Shown piece by piece: positions 27,999-33,796 of a stretch of 64,000 bases of DNA (positions are counted from its first letter, which is position 1; each line of letters opens with the position of its first letter). This DNA is from Elusimicrobiota bacterium. Lineage in GTDB: Bacteria > Elusimicrobiota > Elusimicrobia > UBA1565 > UBA9628. Made by a program: the position numbers and the translations under genes. The notes below the pieces were generated by a model that did not search any database, had not been told where the DNA came from, and saw only the letters and a list, made by a program, of their open reading frames with translations. The stretch covers positions 39,246-103,245 of the forward strand of contig JAHFCE010000008.1 of assembly GCA_023249675.1 (NCBI GenBank), read 5' to 3'.

Positions 27999-28331
27999 AG
28001 CTTGCTTGGCCGCCAGGTCTGACTGCGCGCCGGGAACCTCGTCGAGGCTCGCGACCTTGACGACGCGGCCGAACGTGGCCTGGATCGCGTCGGTGATCTC
28101 CTGGTAGACTGGGCCCGAATCGATGTTGCCCATGCCGCCGATCCGGCTTCGCAGGTATCCCATCGCCTTCTCGGTATTTTGCGACGGCATGATTGCCACG
28201 GAAAGATTCCTGTAGCGCGAACTGCCCGGGGCCTGGATACCCGCGAAAGGATCCGTGCGGGGCGGCGGAGTGTTGCAGCCCGTGAACGCCGCGAGTCCAG
28301 CGCAAAACGGCAGCAGCAGAATCCTTGTCAT
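27999..28331 (-). CDS. Putative lipoprotein (N-terminal about 110 codons look coding; 3' end unresolved)
   Basis: MTRILLLPFCAGLAAFTGC lipobox. The frame stays open to 27483, antisense to the TRL paralog, where it becomes Arg-rich junk. Confidence 0.3.
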
Positions 28332-28417
28332 CGTGTCTCCGTGAAAGCGACCGCGTCAAATTATACCAAGCGATCCAAGGACGCAAGTCCGCGAATGCGG
28401 CTTCCTGTTCGCTCTCC

Positions 28418-28436
28418 GTCTAACGCCGGGTTGGGC
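28418..28436. repeat. Short GTCTAAC..GTTGGGC palindromic core pair just past the last cassette ORF (possible degenerate terminal attC)
   Basis: RYYYAAC and GTTRRRY cores only 5 bp apart. Too short for a complete attC. Confidence 0.3.
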
Positions 28437-28446
28437 TTCAGCCTGC

Positions 28447-28857
28447 TTACCAGGCCAGCAAATCCTTCAAGTACCACGGCTCAAGTGCCGCAATGACCAA
28501 TATCCGAGCTGTCGCCATCAGAACGATCGCCTTCCACAAGGCCAGCGTCTTCCTGTTTCCGATCAGCGCGCCGCTCACGCCGATTTCGAGAGGCAAGAGG
28601 AGAAAGCCCAAATATGGAAGTTGAGATAAAAACAGGACGATCGGCATGCTCGCGCGTAATGCGGCCCAATGGGCCTTCGGAAGATCGATATAAAACAGGA
28701 AAGCCCATGCGAGGCCAAAAAAGAATATCGGCGAGCAGAAGATCGCATAGACGCCGGTGCTCTGATTGAAAAAAAATCCGAGGCCAAGCACCGCGACGGC
28801 AGTCGATCCGGCGATGAGTCTCTTGCGTCTGGTCGATTCACTCATATGTGAGCCCAA
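28447..28857 (-). CDS. Cassette ORF: small polytopic membrane protein, unknown function
   Basis: Four TM helices. Low-GC. Confidence 0.4.
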   Translation of the reverse strand: MGSHMSESTRRKRLIAGSTAVAVLGLGFFFNQSTGVYAIFCSPIFFFGLAWAFLFYIDLPKAHWAALRASMPIVLFLSQLPYLGFLLLPLEIGVSGALIGNRKTLALWKAIVLMATARILVIAALEPWYLKDLLAW

Positions 28858-28861
28858 CGAG

Positions 28862-28916
28862 AGGGTGAGCGGCGGCTATGAAGGTACTCCTTTTACGCTG
28901 TTAAGTCGTTCTTGAC
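28862..28916. repeat. attC-like site (short, about 55 bp): GCCCAAC...GTTAAGT
   Basis: Left half aligns with the other attC copies (GAGGGTGAGCGGCGGCTATGAAG). Overlaps the stop of the DUF2975-like ORF. Confidence 0.5.
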
Positions 28917-29370
28917 CGGCATTCTGCAAAATCCGTTCAAACATCACCGCCGCTGTGGCGCTAAGAGCAGAACCGAAGGTAATGAGGGCGCCCATAAAAA
29001 CACCGCCTGCACGATCATCACTGTTGCTCAACATAATGAAAAGTTCTCCTACCGCAACAGAACCGATAATGGCTAACGCACAAAGTTTTATAGTCCGCAG
29101 AGCCGCCTCTGTTGCTTGCGAGAACGCCTTGTTTTGTCCGATGTATCCCAACACCTTGAATGCCTGATAGAGTGCCACATAAAATGGAATGGACGCTAAA
29201 TACGCATACGCCAAAAAGGGGTCTTTGAAATAGATCTCAAAGAGCGTGGCGTGCGCGTTTCTACCTTCGATGCGGGGCTCCCAAAGCATGAGAGCAAGAG
29301 CCCCAATGCTGGTGAGCATAATGACTGCCTGAAGGAATTTCGTTGGAATGACGAGTGACCGCTTTTTCAT
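28876..29370 (-). CDS. Cassette ORF: DUF2975-like membrane protein
   Basis: Four TM helices with YoaS/DUF2975-like pattern. Low-GC. Confidence 0.4.
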   Translation of the reverse strand: MKKRSLVIPTKFLQAVIMLTSIGALALMLWEPRIEGRNAHATLFEIYFKDPFLAYAYLASIPFYVALYQAFKVLGYIGQNKAFSQATEAALRTIKLCALAIIGSVAVGELFIMLSNSDDRAGGVFMGALITFGSALSATAAVMFERILQNAGQERLNSVKGVPS

Positions 29371-29379
29371 CTTATGGCC

Positions 29380-29456
29380 GCCGAACGCCGAGGATGGGCG
29401 GCGGCTATTAAGATATTCCGCACTGAGTCTTCGTCCGCTCTATCCATTAGTTAGGC
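29380..29456. repeat. attC-like site (77 bp): GCCGAAC...GTTAGGC
   Basis: About 80% identical to the 30092-30171 copy, including the internal inverted repeat GCGGCGGCT/..GAG..CGC. Confidence 0.6.
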
Positions 29457-30065
29457 AGCCTCCGACGTATTCTGTGTTGCGCTTACATCAAGATCTCGCA
29501 GCAGGCCATCATGAAGGTCGTAAATCCAGCCGTGCACGGTCAGAGGACGCCCCTTGGCCCATGCCGAGGTGAGAATTGGAAGACGGCTGAGCTCTCGAAC
29601 CTGGCTAATCACGTTGAGTTCGCAGAGGCGTCGCCAACGCGCGTCCGCGTCGGTTCTACCGTCAATATCGGCCGCTTGGGAACGGCGTATCTCGCGTATT
29701 GGTGCAATCCAGCGCTCAAGCGGCTTCGGAACGGGTGCCCCAAGTGCTGCTTGAACGCCGCCACAGCCATAGTGGCCGCATACGATGACATCTGTGGTGC
29801 CAAGAAATTCGATCGCATACTGAAGAACGGCGATGCAGTTTAAGTCATCCGCGCGAACGATATTGGCCACGTTGCGGTGAACGAACAACTCGCCGGGTTC
29901 GAGGCCGACGATTTCGTTGGCCGGCACACGACTGTCCGCGCAACCGATCCAAAGGTAGCGGGGTGTCTGAATTGCGCACAGGCGTGTAAAATACTGCGGA
30001 TTCTGACTAACGCGCTTGGTTGCCCAGGCGCGATTGTTGGCGAAAAGTTCCGGCAAGTAACGCAT
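29451..30065 (-). CDS. Cassette ORF: beta-class carbonic anhydrase
   Basis: CADSRV and HYGCGG zinc-ligand motifs. Confidence 0.8.
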   Translation of the reverse strand: MRYLPELFANNRAWATKRVSQNPQYFTRLCAIQTPRYLWIGCADSRVPANEIVGLEPGELFVHRNVANIVRADDLNCIAVLQYAIEFLGTTDVIVCGHYGCGGVQAALGAPVPKPLERWIAPIREIRRSQAADIDGRTDADARWRRLCELNVISQVRELSRLPILTSAWAKGRPLTVHGWIYDLHDGLLRDLDVSATQNTSEAA

Positions 30066-30091
30066 TTGTTTCCCTTGAACCTAAATGGCTG

Positions 30092-30171
30092 GCCTAACGC
30101 AGGGGCTGACCAGCGGCGGCTATCAAGATATTCCGCACTGAGCCGCCGGCCGTTCTATCCATTGGTTAGGG
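30092..30171. repeat. attC-like site (80 bp): GCCTAAC...GTTAGGG
   Basis: Terminal inverted cores plus an internal inverted repeat (CAGCGGCGGCT...GAGCCGCCGGC). Lies between the brnA stop and the carbonic anhydrase start. Confidence 0.65.
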
Positions 30172-30402
30172 CAATGGGTGACGAGTTGCATAGGCATCAA
30201 TCAGTTTGCGGATCATCTTCTGATAGGGCGTGTGATATTTCTGCGCGGCCTTCTTGAAGAAGGCAACGCTCGACTTGCTGAGCGCCATGGTTATCTTCAC
30301 GCTCTCCTCCTTGAAGGCCAGTTCTTCAGGAGGGGGCAGGGAATCCCTGACCACGCTCAACGCGCCAAGAGGTTCATCCGTGTATTTGATTTTCTTTTTC
30401 AT
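30166..30402 (-). CDS. Cassette ORF: BrnA-like ribbon-helix-helix antitoxin
   Basis: MKKKIKYTDEPLG... with C-terminal RHH pattern (VKITMALSKSSVAFFKKAAQKYHTPYQKMIRKLIDAY). Its start lies inside the 3' end of the BrnT-like frame. Confidence 0.6.
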   Translation of the reverse strand: MKKKIKYTDEPLGALSVVRDSLPPPEELAFKEESVKITMALSKSSVAFFKKAAQKYHTPYQKMIRKLIDAYATRHPLP

Positions 30403-30646
30403 AAAGAGCCTTCCCTTTTCGCCAGTAGCCCGCTCCAAAGAGGCGAATCTTTTTCTCTCTGTACGTGAATCGAACGGTGAGGATTCCGTCGCCGACGCGG
30501 CCGAAGCAATACAACCGTTTTTCCTTCTGACTGTGCTCCAGATCTTCCGCGATAACTCTTTTGCTATCAGCGAATGCATGTTGAGCCGTTTCAAATGAAC
30601 CATGCGCCTCTTTAAGTATATATTGTATATGTATAAATAGCCATAC
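30374..30646 (-). pseudogene. BrnT-like (DUF497) toxin reading frame lacking a canonical start; out of frame with the SD-preceded ATG at 30603
   Basis: Frame -3 encodes ...HGSFETAQHAFADSKRVIAEDLEHSQKEKRLYCFGRVGDGILTVRFTYREKKIRLFGAGYWRKGKALYEKE*. The only ATG, preceded by AAGAGG, is in another frame (MVHLKRLN...). The 145-aa six-frame ORF is a chimera of both. Confidence 0.5.
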
Positions 30647-30699
30647 TTATTTATGGTCTAAAATAACATCATTTCGTCCCTGACGATTTGGCTGAATTG

Positions 30700-30777
30700 C
30701 CCTAACGCAGAGGATGACGAGCGGCGGCTATCAAGATCTCCATGCAAGCCGCCGTCTCGTCAATCCAATGGTTCGGT
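30700..30777. repeat. attC-like site (78 bp): CCCTAAC...GTTCGGT (degenerate cores)
   Basis: Aligns over about 80 bp with the 30092-30171 copy (AGCGGCGGCTATCAAGAT shared). Confidence 0.55.
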
Positions 30778-30800
30778 GTCCACTGCAATTTCATTTTAAC

Positions 30801-30873
30801 GCCGTTCATGCCGTTGCCTTCAAAGCCGTTTCGCCGTTCAGCCGTTTACGCCGTTTTGTCCGTCCTTCCGTTA
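30801..30873. repeat. Array of six GCCGTT direct repeats (8-15 bp spacing) plus one TCCGTT, between the caspase stop and the attC-like site
   Basis: GCCGTT at 30801, 30810, 30825, 30833, 30841 and 30850. TCCGTT at 30868. Confidence 0.5.
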
Positions 30874-30930
30874 CCCTGCATTAGAAATCTTTCTGCGGAC
30901 ACAAAATTAAAAATGTTTGAGATCATGGAA

Positions 30931-32346
30931 CTACTTCAGGCGTACTATCTCTTCCGCAGAGCCGGAACCCAGCATCGCCGGCGTCTGCTCGCGGTTCTGT
31001 CGGCGCGCGTCGTCCTGGACCTTGCTCGCGAGATAGTCGAAGAGTTTTTTCGCCCTGACGACTCCGTCGGCGTCGGCCGCGGCGCCGCCCAGGCCCTTCA
31101 GGAAGTGGTAGGTGAACGTCCCGTGACCCTGGTCGTCGCGGACGGTCGTGATCTGATCGGCTCCCGTGGCGGCGAAGACGGTCATTCGGTCCGCGACCGG
31201 CTGGACGCTCTCCGTCTTCGTGACCAGAGGGCGCGCGCCTTTGGCGAGGACGGAGCGTCCTCCGGCGCCCGAGAAGCAGGCGTCCAGGGCGACGATGACT
31301 TGCTTGACCTTCAAGCCGCCGAGCTTCTCGTAGAGGCGCTTGACGGGGTAGGCCGTGTTTTCAAGGAAACTGGGGTCGCCGTCCCAGGGCACGAGGTAGG
31401 ACGCGCCGGAGGAGGGATCGGGGGCTCCATGGCCGGAGAAGTAGAAGAAAACCCGACTGTTGGGCGTGACGTTCTTGGGAAGCCATACCTCGAGGAACTT
31501 CTGCAGGGCGGTGAAGCCCGCTTTCTCGCCCAGCAGGGAAACGACGTTGCGGCTGGGGTAGCCCATCGCCAGCAGGTGGTTCTTGACGGCTTGCGCGTCG
31601 CGCTCCGCGAACGCGGCTTCGGGCAGGTCCGAGTATTTCGAGATGCCCATGACAATGGCGAAGTCGTCCGGGCGCTGCGCGAGCTTGAGCGCGGAAGCGT
31701 CGACGTCCGAGTGGATCTCGGGCGCCGGTTTCGCGGGAGCCGCCTGGCCGGCCGCCACCGCCTCCGTCACCAAGCTCTGCATCTCGGCCTTGGAGATTCC
31801 CGACCCAGAGGGCTTCGCGAGCTCTTTGCGTTTGAGGCTCTCCGCGCGTTGCGCCATCACTTTTTGGTGCAGGGTGCTGCCCGGATAAAAGTTCGCCCGC
31901 AACATCTGGCCCATCCCTTTCCAGGGGTTGCTGAAGGGGGAGGAGTAGATTTCCTCGTAGTAAAGCTCCTCCTTCGTGTAGGCGGAGAGGGCCTGGATTC
32001 CGTAATGCATGCGCAGCGTGTTTTGCGGCGGCGGCTCTCGGAACGGGCCGAATTTCCCGAACATGGTGTTGACGATCACGTCAGCGTTGCGGGGTTCGTT
32101 TGGGTTGGCGATCAGGAATATGTGCCAGGAGGGATTGGCCATCTGCATCCGGGTGATGATGATGTCGGTGTAGACAGACGCGGCGGAGGTGACGCCGAAG
32201 CTCAACTCCTGGTTGGAATTTCCCGTCTCAACGGTGACCGTGGTTCCGCCGCCCTTGACGCGCTCCGCGCCGCCGCAGCCAGTGAGAAATCCTCCGCAAC
32301 CAAGAGCGACAATTAAAACCGCTGCTCGATGTACCAAAGGTGCCAT
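30931..32346 (-). CDS. First cassette ORF: lipoprotein with C-terminal caspase-like (peptidase C14) domain
   Basis: Lipobox LTGC. Catalytic His in FFYFSGHG and Cys in VIVALDACFSGAG. GGAGGA RBS 9 nt upstream. High GC, unlike the other cassettes. Confidence 0.75.
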   Translation of the reverse strand: MAPLVHRAAVLIVALGCGGFLTGCGGAERVKGGGTTVTVETGNSNQELSFGVTSAASVYTDIIITRMQMANPSWHIFLIANPNEPRNADVIVNTMFGKFGPFREPPPQNTLRMHYGIQALSAYTKEELYYEEIYSSPFSNPWKGMGQMLRANFYPGSTLHQKVMAQRAESLKRKELAKPSGSGISKAEMQSLVTEAVAAGQAAPAKPAPEIHSDVDASALKLAQRPDDFAIVMGISKYSDLPEAAFAERDAQAVKNHLLAMGYPSRNVVSLLGEKAGFTALQKFLEVWLPKNVTPNSRVFFYFSGHGAPDPSSGASYLVPWDGDPSFLENTAYPVKRLYEKLGGLKVKQVIVALDACFSGAGGRSVLAKGARPLVTKTESVQPVADRMTVFAATGADQITTVRDDQGHGTFTYHFLKGLGGAAADADGVVRAKKLFDYLASKVQDDARRQNREQTPAMLGSGSAEEIVRLK

Positions 32347-32542
32347 TGACAGTTCCTCCCGTTCCTAATAATTTCAGTGCTGAGCCAGGTACGCCGAACT
32401 TATCAGTATGCGGTTCCGCATAGTGCGACTTCCAATGTTAATCATACTTCGAATTGTGGAGAGAAAATCAGGGCTTTGCCAATGGGGGCGAATATTAATA
32501 TTGCGAAAGGCCGCGATGGGCGACGGTATAGCATCGGTGAGG
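32347..32542. other. AT-rich intergenic region between the intI stop and the first cassette: candidate attI plus cassette promoter
   Basis: GC drops sharply. Contains a GTTAATC core-like sequence (32436-32442). No attC copy here. Confidence 0.35.
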
Positions 32543-33745
32543 TCATTTGGAACCGAGCCCAAGTCGGTCCGCGGGGCTCTGCACGCCGCGTCCTCCGCGA
32601 TTCAGGACATGGGTGTAAATCATCGTGGTGCTGACATCGCTGTGCCCCAGCAGCTCTTGGATCGTGCGAATGTCGTAGCCGTCCTCCAGGAGATGGGTGG
32701 CGAAGGAATGCCTCAAGGTGTGGCATCCGGCCGCCTTGGTGATGCCGGCGTCGATGCGCGCTTGGTGAAAGGCCTTTTGAAGCACCGATTCGTGGAGGTG
32801 ATGCCTTCTCCTTTGGCCGGTCTCGCGATCCACATAGTGGCTCGCGGCGGGAAACACCCATTGCCACCCCCACTCTTTGTCGGCGTTCGGATACTTTCGC
32901 GCCAATGCATTTGGCAGCTCTACCCGGCCCAGGCCCGCCGTGAGATCGTCCTCATGCTGTCGTTTGACCGCGGACAGGTGGCGCTGAAGGTCTTCGCGAA
33001 GCCCCGAGGGCAAGGTCGTGTAGCGGTCTTTGCCGCCTTTGCCCGAACGCACGACCAGTTGATTGAGGCCCCAGTCGAGGTCCTTGACTCTGAGCTGGCA
33101 GCACTCGAGCAGGCGCAGTCCCGAGCCGTAGAGGAGCATCGCCATGAGGCGAGGCACGCCGCGCATGCGGTCGAGCACATGGCGCACCTCATCTTTGCTC
33201 AGGACGACCGGCAAGCGCTCCGGTCGCTTGGCGCGCACGACGCCCGAGATCAAGCCCAGCTTGCGGCCCAGGCCGTGCTCGAAGGCGAACAGGAGCGCGT
33301 TGAGCGCCTGATTTTGAGTGGAGGCGCTGACATGTCCGGCCTCGGCCAGGTCGGACAGGAAGCGGCCGACGGCGGCCTCGTCGAGCTCCGCGATCGGGTG
33401 CTCGGTGTGCTCAAGGAGCCGCCGAGTCCATGCAACATAGGCGGTTTCGGTGCGCGGGCTGAAGTGTCGGGCCCTGATCGCCGTCCGAACCTTGTCGAGG
33501 AGAGCATCGCATGCGCGCGAAGGGCGGAGGGAGGACGTTGGGGAGCCGGCGAGCTCGACGCGATCATCGGCGAACAAGGCGGTGAGGCGGGCGAGCGCGT
33601 CCTCTTCGCGAGGAACGGACCAGCATTTTTCCGCGTCGTGCCAGCGGCGTCCGGGCACCGTCTTGATCCTGGCGACGCGTTCGGGGGCGTACGAAAAGAA
33701 AACGAGGAGGCGGCCGTTCTCGGGGCGGACGACGATCGAAGCCAT
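32543..33745 (-). CDS. intI: Integron integrase IntI (tyrosine recombinase) with an extra N-terminal domain of about 75 aa
   Basis: IntI-specific insertion ALARKYPNADKEWGWQWVFPA. Catalytic region HTLRHSFATHLL...LLGHSDVSTTMIYTHV. The N-terminal MASIVVRPENGRLLVFFSYAPERVARIKTVPGRRWHDAEKCWSVP is not part of canonical IntI. Confidence 0.85.
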   Translation of the reverse strand: MASIVVRPENGRLLVFFSYAPERVARIKTVPGRRWHDAEKCWSVPREEDALARLTALFADDRVELAGSPTSSLRPSRACDALLDKVRTAIRARHFSPRTETAYVAWTRRLLEHTEHPIAELDEAAVGRFLSDLAEAGHVSASTQNQALNALLFAFEHGLGRKLGLISGVVRAKRPERLPVVLSKDEVRHVLDRMRGVPRLMAMLLYGSGLRLLECCQLRVKDLDWGLNQLVVRSGKGGKDRYTTLPSGLREDLQRHLSAVKRQHEDDLTAGLGRVELPNALARKYPNADKEWGWQWVFPAASHYVDRETGQRRRHHLHESVLQKAFHQARIDAGITKAAGCHTLRHSFATHLLEDGYDIRTIQELLGHSDVSTTMIYTHVLNRGGRGVQSPADRLGLGSK

Positions 33746-33796
33746 TACTACTAGACGATCGAGCCGCCCGAAAAGTTCCCTGAATCGGCCGGGGTT

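Larger units (their letters stand above)
28418..33745 (-). mobile_element. Chromosomal integron with inverted-orientation intI: integrase, attI/Pc-like region and five same-strand cassettes separated by attC-like repeats
   Basis: IntI has the integron-specific insert. The array lies 3' of intI on the same strand. Four homologous RYYYAAC...GTTRRRY imperfect palindromes sit at cassette boundaries. Cassettes other than the caspase are low-GC. Confidence 0.7.

Noticed and set aside
30403-30603. N-terminal 67 codons of the 145-aa ORF read as part of a single BrnA-like protein
   Set aside because: That segment is the BrnT-like toxin read in the wrong frame. It is reported instead as a frame-disrupted toxin plus a separate BrnA.
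30742-32316. 524-aa plus-strand ORF across the caspase cassette
   Set aside because: Antisense to the caspase ORF, which has catalytic His/Cys motifs and a strong RBS. No domain is recognisable.
32408-33754. 448-aa plus-strand ORF antisense to intI
   Set aside because: IntI motifs on the minus strand are unambiguous. The plus frame is a GC-driven open frame.
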